From a candidate division WOR-3 bacterium (lineage in GTDB: Bacteria > Hydrothermota > Tepidihabitantia > SM23-42), in the NCBI GenBank assembly GCA_020349965.1, contig CP070705.1, positions 2,134,905 through 2,171,599 on the forward strand: a stretch of 36,695 bases of DNA. Direction: 5' to 3'. A program made the position numbers and the translations under genes. Positions 19,061 to 27,401 of the stretch are shown piece by piece. Position 1 is the stretch's first letter, and each line of letters begins with the position of its first letter. The notes under the pieces were generated by a model. It worked only from the letters and a program-made list of their open reading frames with translations, had not been told where the DNA came from and made no database searches.

Positions 19061-19939
19061 TCAGAAAGAACGCATTGTGCCATTTTTTATGTAACACCAA
19101 GACATTGCCTGGGTGTTGCTGACATACAATATCCCTGAATCCTTCTTTATCCCGATCAGACCGCACCTGCATCCTGATTTTGTCGCATGGGCTATCACGT
19201 TCCTGCCGGCCTGCTTGGCCGACATCCTGTTCATCAATGCAACGGCGCGAAATGCCAGGATTTGGCGCATGATCTCTTCACCGTGTCCGGTTGTACTCAC
19301 CCCGGCAGTGGAATTAGCATAGGTGCCTGCGCCGATGATCGGCGTATCGCCAACGCGGCCAGGCAGCCGCAGGTTGATGCCCCCGCTCGATGTCGCGACT
19401 GAAATAATTCCGGATTTGTCGATCGCAACGACGCCGATCGTGCCGTAGTGATTGGTGAAATCGAAGATCTTCTCGAAGTAGTTACTTAGTATTTTTTTCT
19501 TTTTACGTTTCCAGATGATCTCCTTCTCTTTCGTCTTAGGGTTGTGATATCCTGCGCCCATCATGCGGGCGAAGCGTGTAGCATTCTCGCCGCAAAGCAA
19601 GAGGTGGTCCGTTTTTTCCATCACCATCCGTGCGATGCTGATCGGGTTCTTAACGTCTCTGATTACACCGACCGCACCGAACCTCAATTCGCTGGTCATT
19701 ATTGAAGCATCCATCTCCACCTCGCCGGCCAGGTTGAGGTAAGAACCTGTACCGGCGTTGAAGATGCTGGTGTCCTCGAGGATAATGGCTGCTTTCTCGA
19801 CCGCGTCGAGGCTCGAACCACTCTGGCGGAGGATTTCGTATCCGACGCGTACTGCTTCTTTTAACCCGATACGACGCCGGTGAGGGTAGTTTATGCCGCC
19901 TGCTCCACCGTGCGCAATCAAGGTGATCTTGTTTCTCAT
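19061..19939 (-). CDS. iaaA: Isoaspartyl peptidase/L-asparaginase (Ntn hydrolase)
   Basis: IAHGGAG, FNAGTGS, EMDASIM, the autoprocessing site G-TIGVV, GRVGDTPIIGAG and STTGHGE. Confidence 0.93.
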   Translation of the reverse strand: MRNKITLIAHGGAGGINYPHRRRIGLKEAVRVGYEILRQSGSSLDAVEKAAIILEDTSIFNAGTGSYLNLAGEVEMDASIMTSELRFGAVGVIRDVKNPISIARMVMEKTDHLLLCGENATRFARMMGAGYHNPKTKEKEIIWKRKKKKILSNYFEKIFDFTNHYGTIGVVAIDKSGIISVATSSGGINLRLPGRVGDTPIIGAGTYANSTAGVSTTGHGEEIMRQILAFRAVALMNRMSAKQAGRNVIAHATKSGCRCGLIGIKKDSGILYVSNTQAMSWCYIKNGTMRSF

Positions 19940-22002
19940 CTCTGCCGGGCTATTTTGCCGACCCTCTTGAATCCTTCATCCTTCAGTACGATAAAATATA
20001 CGCCTGAACCGACTTCCCGTCCGGCAGCATCTCTGCCGTCCCAGTATAACCTCCCGTCGACAATCTGATCATACCTGAATTCCCTCAGTCGTGCGCCGCG
20101 CAGGGAGTAAATTTCAACGGCCGGCGTCAGGGTGTCGGGATAATCCAAAACGATGAAACATGACGTCTGGAAAGGGTTGGGAAGTGAGTAGGGCACTGCG
20201 TAGTCTGTGATCGATATTGTGACCACATTGCTGAGGTTGCTCTTGTTCGCGTACATATCTTCGGCATACGTGGCATAAAGATAATCACCGAGAGATTTGT
20301 TAAAGACGTACAGCATTGTGTCCTGGAGAGAGTGCTGGATGAAGCGTCCTCCGGTCAACTCATATATATTCACATCATCGATATAACAACCACCTTCGTT
20401 GATGACGGTATTCGTACGGTATGTAATACGTATCGGATAGGTACCAGAAGAGAGAATCGACGTGCGCTCGATCCAGCCGCCGGAATAACCGTAATGTACG
20501 TCCCGAAAGGTTCCGTATTCGATGATCAATGAATCGGTCATGTCTTCAGTGCTGTAACGGAGGTAGATGCTCATCAGTCCAAGGTCGTCGATGACAACGT
20601 TGTCTTTCGTCTCTATGTAATTACTAAGATTGCCTGCATTGCCTGAAAAAAAAGAATGGTTACCGGCGTGGGGGTTAACTGTGCTGACGTCGAATCCTGA
20701 GAAAATCCACGAACCCGAATCTTCGCATGGATCGGTGAAGATCGGGTCCATTTCGGTCGCTTGGACAAGGTTGTACGTGACCGGAGCCAGGTCGTAAGAT
20801 CCTGTCCATACAAGACGGAAGTCATTATTACTGCCTGGATCGGTAGCCACCATTGCAGGATCGGTCGGTCTGATATCGTCGCTGTCATAGTACCAGTTGA
20901 GAAAACTCAGCCACCTCGACTGGACCCAGTCGAGGTTCTCGTAGTCGCTCAGGAGTTGTTTGAACTGTCGATACACATCCGGAAACCAGACGGTCAAACC
21001 AGTAGTACTTCCGAACGCGTCGCCCCAGTAGTCATGATGGAGAATCGTTTGAGCATAGGCATTGCTCATGGCGTCGAAATCGATGTGCGCGTATGCATCT
21101 GCCAGTCCTTCGATGAAGTCTCCAAGATCTATGAAATCATCTGTCGTGTCCGGAGTACACCCGATCGTCGGGATCGACTGGACATTCTGTCGTGCAGTGT
21201 AGAGACTTTGATTGGGTGATTCCATCATCATTCGACTTTCGATATTGGAGAGAATCTGCACCAAATCATTGAGTTCTGAAAGGTCGACTGCTGAGAGCGT
21301 AACCGGTTGGATTCCTTCATAGTTGCCGACGGTAGTCTGAACGATATGGTGTGCGAGGGTCGAAGCATTCATGTCAGGATCGGCATGGAGGCGTTCGAGT
21401 ATTGCATCGTACCTGAATCCTGCAAGGGGCATGACAGACTGGGGGGCAAGGAATAGAAGGGCATAATTCCTTGTCTCGAACGCAACCTCGATCTGCTGCA
21501 TCAAACAGGCGTCAAAAGCGAAGAGATCTATACGTCTTCCCGTGTACTCGTACGCTGCACTCAATGCCTTCTGGAAATCTCCGCTCGCGATGCTCAAAAC
21601 ATTGCCGCTCGACCAGTCGGCGCCAAAGGATCGGCTTGGTACCAAAGTCCAACCGCTGCCGTGATCCCATAGAATTACGCAATACCGGCGAGCAGGGAAA
21701 TTTGCTATGCCCCAGTAAATGAAATCGGCAAGGGTTTGCCACGAGCACATGTCAATGATACCCAGATCCTGGATGACAAGAGATGTCCCCTGCCCGACCA
21801 ATAGACGCCTTGCGCCGATGCTCGGCTTGTCGACTTGAACGACAACCGAGATATTCTGATCCGATCCGAAGCGTTCCAACTCGACCAAATCTGAATCGGC
21901 CCATTGAGCGAGGTCGTTGTCTGCAGCCACATATACGAGCATGGTCCATTCTTGCGCAACAACAATGGCGGGCAGCAGTATCAGTAGGGATAGATATCTC
22001 AT
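19936..22002 (-). CDS. Exported clostripain-family (C11) cysteine peptidase with a C-terminal FlgD-Ig/T9SS-type-A-like domain
   Basis: Signal peptide, WTMLVYVAADNDL, catalytic WDHGSGW and FDACLM; C-terminal PNPF...IYSLRG...WDGRD...SGVYF. Confidence 0.88.
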   Translation of the reverse strand: MRYLSLLILLPAIVVAQEWTMLVYVAADNDLAQWADSDLVELERFGSDQNISVVVQVDKPSIGARRLLVGQGTSLVIQDLGIIDMCSWQTLADFIYWGIANFPARRYCVILWDHGSGWTLVPSRSFGADWSSGNVLSIASGDFQKALSAAYEYTGRRIDLFAFDACLMQQIEVAFETRNYALLFLAPQSVMPLAGFRYDAILERLHADPDMNASTLAHHIVQTTVGNYEGIQPVTLSAVDLSELNDLVQILSNIESRMMMESPNQSLYTARQNVQSIPTIGCTPDTTDDFIDLGDFIEGLADAYAHIDFDAMSNAYAQTILHHDYWGDAFGSTTGLTVWFPDVYRQFKQLLSDYENLDWVQSRWLSFLNWYYDSDDIRPTDPAMVATDPGSNNDFRLVWTGSYDLAPVTYNLVQATEMDPIFTDPCEDSGSWIFSGFDVSTVNPHAGNHSFFSGNAGNLSNYIETKDNVVIDDLGLMSIYLRYSTEDMTDSLIIEYGTFRDVHYGYSGGWIERTSILSSGTYPIRITYRTNTVINEGGCYIDDVNIYELTGGRFIQHSLQDTMLYVFNKSLGDYLYATYAEDMYANKSNLSNVVTISITDYAVPYSLPNPFQTSCFIVLDYPDTLTPAVEIYSLRGARLREFRYDQIVDGRLYWDGRDAAGREVGSGVYFIVLKDEGFKRVGKIARQR

Positions 22003-22655
22003 GGGGTAATCTTATCCTTTAAGACGGGGGCGATCATTGCCGTACTGCCTGAGATGAAAGCATAATTTCTTTGCCCGTCGCCGAGTCGGTGGGAAAAAAA
22101 GGATTCGGGGTGACACTTCGTGCAAAGGTCGAGTGCTCCGATAAGCGACCCGGAGCCAAGGTCATGCATGACGGCTGCCTTAAGGTCCAGGAAATAACCG
22201 TCGTTGTATTGCGTTACTGCATGAGGGTAATCATGCGTGAACAGGTCGGCAACGTCCTGTTGGACCTCATAGCAGCATTTGCCGATCGAAGCGCCCATGA
22301 CATAGGTAAAATTCTTCAGTATCCTCTTCGCTTCCTTGGCGATACCTGCGATAATACCACGCCAACCGCAGTGGATTATACATATTTTGCCCGGCGCGAA
22401 CAGATAAACGGGAAGACAATCCGCGACCTTTACGCCGATGCACTTGTCCACGGAGCTCACGAGGCCATCGCCGACATACTCAGCTGCTGCGTCGACGTCA
22501 ACTATGACCCTTGAGTGAATCTGTTTCAGAAATACCGGATTGGCATCACTGATGAGATTATCCTGCCCGTGCTTTGTCGTGTAGAAGGCAGAATGATCGC
22601 CTTTCTTAAACTCGTAATACCTGCTCTTGCCCGTGTCGACCAATCGCCACTTCAT
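21999..22655 (-). CDS. pgeF: YfiH/PgeF (laccase-domain, purine nucleoside phosphorylase-like) protein
   Basis: LKQIHS, VADCLPV, HCGWRG, SIGKCCYEV and CTKCHPESFFSHR. Confidence 0.88.
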   Translation of the reverse strand: MKWRLVDTGKSRYYEFKKGDHSAFYTTKHGQDNLISDANPVFLKQIHSRVIVDVDAAAEYVGDGLVSSVDKCIGVKVADCLPVYLFAPGKICIIHCGWRGIIAGIAKEAKRILKNFTYVMGASIGKCCYEVQQDVADLFTHDYPHAVTQYNDGYFLDLKAAVMHDLGSGSLIGALDLCTKCHPESFFSHRLGDGQRNYAFISGSTAMIAPVLKDKITP

Positions 22656-24352
22656 CAGTTGGCCCTCGTCATCTCTTTGATCTTGAGCGTGGTTTTCCTT
22701 TTGCCCAGAAATGAGTCCTCAGCCACAGAATAGAGACAGTTGATACGAGTCTTGCCTACTTCTATATCGAGGATATCGTCTGCCCTGTCGTAGGCAATTG
22801 CAGGGAATACCCTGCCATGTTGCCTCAAGGAGATCATCAAATGGTTCTGATTGGCACCGACGACCCGCGGCACGCCGACGACTTCGAGGTTTTCACCAAG
22901 AAATGTCGGTTGGGGGTTGGCGATGCCGGTTGGCTCGAAGAATCTCAGGAAATGAACTACATCACTGGTCAGATGGGGAAGATCGAGTTGCATATCATAG
23001 AAACTGCATTTCTCAAATAGCGAGCCCTCGAATCTCTGGGCATATTCATTCACACAGACTTTGAATCGGTCGAGTTTATCAATGTGGAGTTCGACTCCGG
23101 CAGCTTGGGCGTGACCGCCATATTTCTTCAGGATTTCCCCACACGTCCCAATCGCTGCAGTGATGTCAAACCCGGGTATGGAACGTGCCGAGCCTTTGAC
23201 CGTATCGTTTCTGATCGTCATTATGATGACCGGGCGGAAATAATCGGAGGCTATGCGCGAAGCAACGATCCCGAGCACGCCTTCGTGCCAGCCTGTATGG
23301 GCTAGTACAATGACACGGTTTTGTGCAGTCTCTGCTGCTTGTATCATGGATACTGCGGCGCGATATGTCTCGTCCTGTACTTCCTTCCTCGTTTCGTTGT
23401 CCACGGAAAGACTCCGGGCGATTTTGAGGGCACGGGACATATCTTGCGTTAGAAAGAGTTCCAGCGCGTTCTGCGCATCATGCATTCGGCCGCAGGCATT
23501 TATGCGCGGACCAACGATGAAGCCGAGATGGTGCGCGTTGATCTCACCGGACAAACCTGTTTCTTTCAGCAGCGCCTTAATGCCTTTCTTATTGCTCCTT
23601 TGCATGCGATTCATACCGTACTTGATGAGAGTCCGGTTCTCGTCGATGAGCGGCACGATATCAACCACACTTCCGAGAGCGACGAGATCCAGATCTTTAT
23701 GGAGTTCTGCAACCGGTAGATCTAACTTTTTGTAGAGGGCGCTGAGTAATTTGAATGCGACGCCGACCCCGGCAAGTTCCTTGAATGGATAATTGCTGCC
23801 AGGTAATTTTGGGTTAATGAGAGCCAGTGCTGGAGGAAGGTCTTCTCTGGGTACGTGATGGTCGCATACGATGATATCTACGTTACGTTCATGTGCTAGT
23901 GCGATTTCGGTCAGTGCGCTGCTTCCGCAGTCGACTGTAATGACAAGCGTTCGTCGATCTGCGACTGCTTTCTCTATGCCATTGATTGACAGTCCATAAC
24001 CCTCTTCGAGTCGGTGCGGAATGTAGCAGTCAACGTCGAGACCGAAGCGCCTCAGGTTTGTCGTCAATAGGGCCGTCCCGGTGATTCCGTCTGCATCATA
24101 GTCGCCGTGGATCATGATTTTTTCTTTCTTCCTTATGGCGTCGATGATGCGTGCAACGGCTCTGTCCATGTCTTGCAGGAGAAATGGATCATGAAGGTCA
24201 GATAGTGACGGCGCAAAGAACTTCTCTATTGACCGGGGTGTGTAATAACCCCGGTTCTTTAGGATCTGAACTATGGGCGGCGGTATCCGCTTGCCTCTGA
24301 TCATGATGGCGGATGCTGTGCCCTGACTATTTTTAGATTCCCATCTGGTCAT
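22655..24352 (-). CDS. recJ: Single-stranded DNA exonuclease RecJ
   Basis: HGDYDADG, ITVDCG, CDHH, PRINACGR, GSARS and GGHAQAAG. The ATG at 24352 is preferred over the TTG at 24364 because of the promoter position. Confidence 0.96.
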   Translation of the reverse strand: MTRWESKNSQGTASAIMIRGKRIPPPIVQILKNRGYYTPRSIEKFFAPSLSDLHDPFLLQDMDRAVARIIDAIRKKEKIMIHGDYDADGITGTALLTTNLRRFGLDVDCYIPHRLEEGYGLSINGIEKAVADRRTLVITVDCGSSALTEIALAHERNVDIIVCDHHVPREDLPPALALINPKLPGSNYPFKELAGVGVAFKLLSALYKKLDLPVAELHKDLDLVALGSVVDIVPLIDENRTLIKYGMNRMQRSNKKGIKALLKETGLSGEINAHHLGFIVGPRINACGRMHDAQNALELFLTQDMSRALKIARSLSVDNETRKEVQDETYRAAVSMIQAAETAQNRVIVLAHTGWHEGVLGIVASRIASDYFRPVIIMTIRNDTVKGSARSIPGFDITAAIGTCGEILKKYGGHAQAAGVELHIDKLDRFKVCVNEYAQRFEGSLFEKCSFYDMQLDLPHLTSDVVHFLRFFEPTGIANPQPTFLGENLEVVGVPRVVGANQNHLMISLRQHGRVFPAIAYDRADDILDIEVGKTRINCLYSVAEDSFLGKRKTTLKIKEMTRAN

Positions 24353-24366
24353 GAGTGGATGCAATT

Positions 24367-24395
24367 ATGATAGCTAAGTGCATCAATGCTGTCAA
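24367..24395 (-). promoter_or_regulatory. Sigma70-type promoter of the recJ operon
   Basis: TTGACA-17 nt-TATCAT. Confidence 0.6.
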
Positions 24396-24405
24396 TGAAT
24401 CAGAT

Positions 24406-24966
24406 GTGGGGTAATCTATAAGCCGGGTTCTGTAGTTGATAGCCATTTCTCTTGTTCCGGCATCACTGCCGGATTCTGCGCAACCTACCCGTTCCAGCCC
24501 TGGCCGCTTTTGACGGCAGGAAGAGGCGGGCCACCTCTACTGGAACTGCTTGGTTTTGCTTCGGATGGGGTTTGCCGTACCTCTGATGTCACCATCAGAG
24601 TGGTGAGCTCTTACCTCGCCATTTCACCCTTACCCAGCACCTTTGGTGGCACAACAGGCTTTGCATTGATGCCGTGTTCAATTCAACCCGTCTGACCAAA
24701 GCGCCTGGTCATGGCCTATGGCTGCAGCATTGAGATCGCCTGTAATCTTTGCATCAAGATCACCAACATCTTGTCTCTGAAGGACGCAGAAATTTCCTTC
24801 AAGCGATCGTTCTATCAATCTCATGTGCCACCAAAGGTGCTGGGCGGTATGTTTTCTGTGGCACTTTCCTCCCGCACACAAAGTGCGGGGCTTCCAGTTA
24901 GGAAGCATCCTGCCCTGTGAAGCCCGGACTTTCCTCTCACATGGAGCGGCTATCCGATTACCCCAC
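24406..24966 (-). ncRNA. rnpB: RNase P RNA, type A, with a greatly expanded P12 (about 561 nt)
   Basis: Conserved regions GAGGAAAGUCCGGGC, AGUGCCACAGAAA, GGUAAGGGUGAAA, GGCAAACC and ACAGAACCCGGCUUA; P1 pairs GUGGGGUAAUC with GAUUACCCCAC. Confidence 0.97.
24633..24844. repeat. Perfect 21-bp inverted repeat enclosing 170 nt within rnpB P12
   Basis: cccagcacctttggtggcaca (24633-24653) and tgtgccaccaaaggtgctggg (24824-24844) are exact reverse complements. Confidence 0.95.
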
Positions 24967-24971
24967 GGGTG

Positions 24972-25000
24972 ATTATAGCTGCACTGCATATTTTTGTCAA
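24972..25000 (-). promoter_or_regulatory. rnpB promoter
   Basis: Perfect TTGACA-17 nt-TATAAT ending 5 nt before the 5' end of P1. Confidence 0.85.
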
Positions 25001-25134
25001 TATATCTGCCAGCCTCTCCGAAATTGTTGACTTTTACCAGTGGGATCGTCCGATAGTCCACAAGGATCTCTACTGCTGATCGATGTTCGCACTTACCGTT
25101 AATGTCCTTGGCTATTCAGTCCAAACAGGACGGC

Positions 25135-27144
25135 TTATCGACCATCCGTGCGGTTGTGATTATAAGACAATTGCATGAAGTATGTGCGACGGGGCATGGG
25201 ATAATCGAGGTCAATCAATGTATTGCCGAATTGGAGCGCATAGTCTGTATCGAACAAGTTTTTTATACCGACAGACAATGAGAACGTGTTGAAGAACTTT
25301 CTATTGACAGCAGTGTTGATTACCAGATAATCGTCGAGCACTTTCGTATCCATCGATACAGCTGGATAAGCGTCATAGTTCGCGTAATAATTGAATCGCC
25401 GAGAAGTATACTGTCCGGAAATGTTAAGTCCAAAACCATACGGTAGACTGAAATCGAGCACAGAAGATATGGTGAAATCCGGCGTGAAGGCGGCTGGTCG
25501 CTCTATTTCTTCATAAATTGTCAGAGAAGTATCTGCTATAGCGTCATAATAGTCATAAACGATCTCATCGTTCGTCTGCCGGGCGTTCAGAAAAGTGAGT
25601 TCGATGGCGTGCGCGAGAAAACTGGCTATTTGGTGTTCCAATTCCATGTCCAATCCCTCTATCTTCAAATAGTTGACATTCTGCGGATGCCACAATTTAT
25701 CGTCCCCTGGCAGCCATGCGATCCGATCCTTGACGTTGCGCAGGAAAAACGAGACTGCCGCAAAGAAATTTGGCAGTAGCGAACTCTCGATGCGTATCTC
25801 ATACGCCCAGCCGTGCTCTGGTTTGAGGTCGGGATTACCGGATTGAGGCCAGTAGAGGTCATTGAAGGTTGGTGCACGAAACGTATTTCCGATCGATAAT
25901 TTGAGCCAGATCATTTCAGCAGGCATACAAGAAATACCGATTGCGGGTGAAAGGAAATCGCCGAAGGCTGAATTGCGGTCGTAACGGATGCTTGGCGTTG
26001 CAGATAAAATATCGTGCAGGTTCACTTGCAATTCGGTCCACACGCCGACATTATATGAACTTGCATGCCAGTTCATATCGCCGCTAAGAGTTGAAACAGT
26101 CTTTGTGTGGAGGGTGTCATAGGTTGCGTCGAACCCGAGCGTAAACGCAAGTTTCTCCCAGCGCATGTTCAGCATTGCGTTGAAGCCGAGCATGTGAGTC
26201 AGATAATCATATTCTTCGCTTATTGTATCACCTGACCACCATCCTCCGTAAGTAGTACTGAATATTGTACGCTTCCGGTCAGCAAGAATCTTGCCTTGCC
26301 ACAATGCATCATCCGTAACCTGCAGGTCAACACCAAGATTCACCAGCAGCGAACGATCGATTTGCCGGTCAAAGACCGATGTTGCAGTACTGTCACCGAA
26401 TTGTGGTATTGGATGTAAACTGTCCACGATCGGCGCGGGCCCGGGTATTCCGTATTCCTTCTGGGTGTAGTAGATGAACGAGGAGTATTCTACGCGCTCT
26501 GATTTTTGTACAATTGAGCCACTGACGTTATACCGCGTCAGATCGCTGTTACTTCGTCCACCATCAGAGGTGCCGTAATTAACACCGATATCAAATTGTG
26601 TTTTCTTTACAGGCAGTCCGACTTTGAGAAAGAGATCATTTGTATGCAGCGGATCATCGAGCGCGGGCGTGGAAGGTGCGAATTTCATTGCGATCGTTGG
26701 CATACTCAATTCGCGGCGTGTAATTATATTCACGACGCCGCCGAGCGCATTCGCACCGTAGAGGCTTGAAACCGGTCCTTTGACCACCTCGATTCGCTCG
26801 ATCGTGTTTACATCGATCATACTCAGGTCGGCCATGCCATTGGTGACCGCGTTCAGGTTCTGTCCGTTGACGAGAACGAGGGTACCATTGCTCGGTACCC
26901 CGCGTAATGATATGCCCGTCACCCCGCCTGGCGTGCCGTAGTCTTTGAAATCTATGCCCGCAGCAGCGTTGAGAATTTCACTTAGGCTGATGGGGCTTAG
27001 CTTATCGATATCTTCACGCTCGATGACGATTACCGCAACAGCGGCGTCCTTTAGAAGAGCAGGGTATCGGTTGGCAGTGACTACGACCTCATCCATCTCA
27101 TAGGAGATTTGGTTGAGTAACAGCGACGTTAGTAGAAGTAACAT
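25135..27144 (-). CDS. btuB: TonB-dependent receptor, BtuB-like (probable corrinoid uptake)
   Basis: TonB box DEVVVTANR, plug IERIEVVKGPVSSLYGANALGGVVNIIT, FRAPTFNDLYWP and KNLFD; lies downstream of a cobalamin riboswitch. Confidence 0.88.
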   Translation of the reverse strand: MLLLLTSLLLNQISYEMDEVVVTANRYPALLKDAAVAVIVIEREDIDKLSPISLSEILNAAAGIDFKDYGTPGGVTGISLRGVPSNGTLVLVNGQNLNAVTNGMADLSMIDVNTIERIEVVKGPVSSLYGANALGGVVNIITRRELSMPTIAMKFAPSTPALDDPLHTNDLFLKVGLPVKKTQFDIGVNYGTSDGGRSNSDLTRYNVSGSIVQKSERVEYSSFIYYTQKEYGIPGPAPIVDSLHPIPQFGDSTATSVFDRQIDRSLLVNLGVDLQVTDDALWQGKILADRKRTIFSTTYGGWWSGDTISEEYDYLTHMLGFNAMLNMRWEKLAFTLGFDATYDTLHTKTVSTLSGDMNWHASSYNVGVWTELQVNLHDILSATPSIRYDRNSAFGDFLSPAIGISCMPAEMIWLKLSIGNTFRAPTFNDLYWPQSGNPDLKPEHGWAYEIRIESSLLPNFFAAVSFFLRNVKDRIAWLPGDDKLWHPQNVNYLKIEGLDMELEHQIASFLAHAIELTFLNARQTNDEIVYDYYDAIADTSLTIYEEIERPAAFTPDFTISSVLDFSLPYGFGLNISGQYTSRRFNYYANYDAYPAVSMDTKVLDDYLVINTAVNRKFFNTFSLSVGIKNLFDTDYALQFGNTLIDLDYPMPRRTYFMQLSYNHNRTDGR

Positions 27145-27175
27145 GTTTCCTCCTTTCGTCCGAAGGTTATATGTA

Positions 27176-27335
27176 GCTGGGGATAGGTCTCCTGGCTTAT
27201 CCTGTTCTGATCAGCCTTCCCGTCCGCAGGCAATAAATAAGCGGTAGCAGTGGCTTTCTTTGATCGGAAATAGATGGAATCACAGTGGCGGCGACCGCGG
27301 CCGATTCTCACGGCGCTTCCCTTGAATCCACCAGC
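27176..27335 (-). promoter_or_regulatory. Cobalamin riboswitch
   Basis: AAGGGAAG-CGCCGUGAGAAUCGGC, CCGCCACUGUGA, GCCACUG, GGGAAGGC and B12 box AAGCCAGGAGACCU. A following CCUUCG/CGAAAGG hairpin overlaps the SD, suggesting translational control. Confidence 0.92.
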
Positions 27336-27340
27336 CTGTC

Positions 27341-27369
27341 AGTATACCTTATGTATCAAAGGTTGTCAA
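27341..27369 (-). promoter_or_regulatory. Promoter of the riboswitch-btuB transcript
   Basis: TTGACA-17 nt-TATACT. Confidence 0.75.
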
Positions 27370-27401
27370 GGAAGTGGCCGACTACAAGATTGAATGTTGT
27401 G

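Noticed and set aside
24654-24823. Group I/II intron, tRNA, or bulge-helix-bulge/K-turn reading of the rnpB insert
   Set aside because: It is too short for a self-splicing intron and has no recognisable catalytic motifs; no T-loop cloverleaf or convincing BHB/K-turn was seen by eye.
25027-25060. Possible plus-strand promoter starting TTGACT
   Set aside because: No acceptable -10 box at 16-18 nt spacing.
24510-25061. ORFs 24510-24695 (+), 24711-24920 (+) and the full 127-aa ORF 24678-25061 (-)
   Set aside because: They run through conserved RNase P RNA core and promoter sequence. Only the part confined to the insert is kept, as a tentative finding.
27129-27311. 60-aa ORF upstream of btuB
   Set aside because: It coincides with the cobalamin riboswitch.
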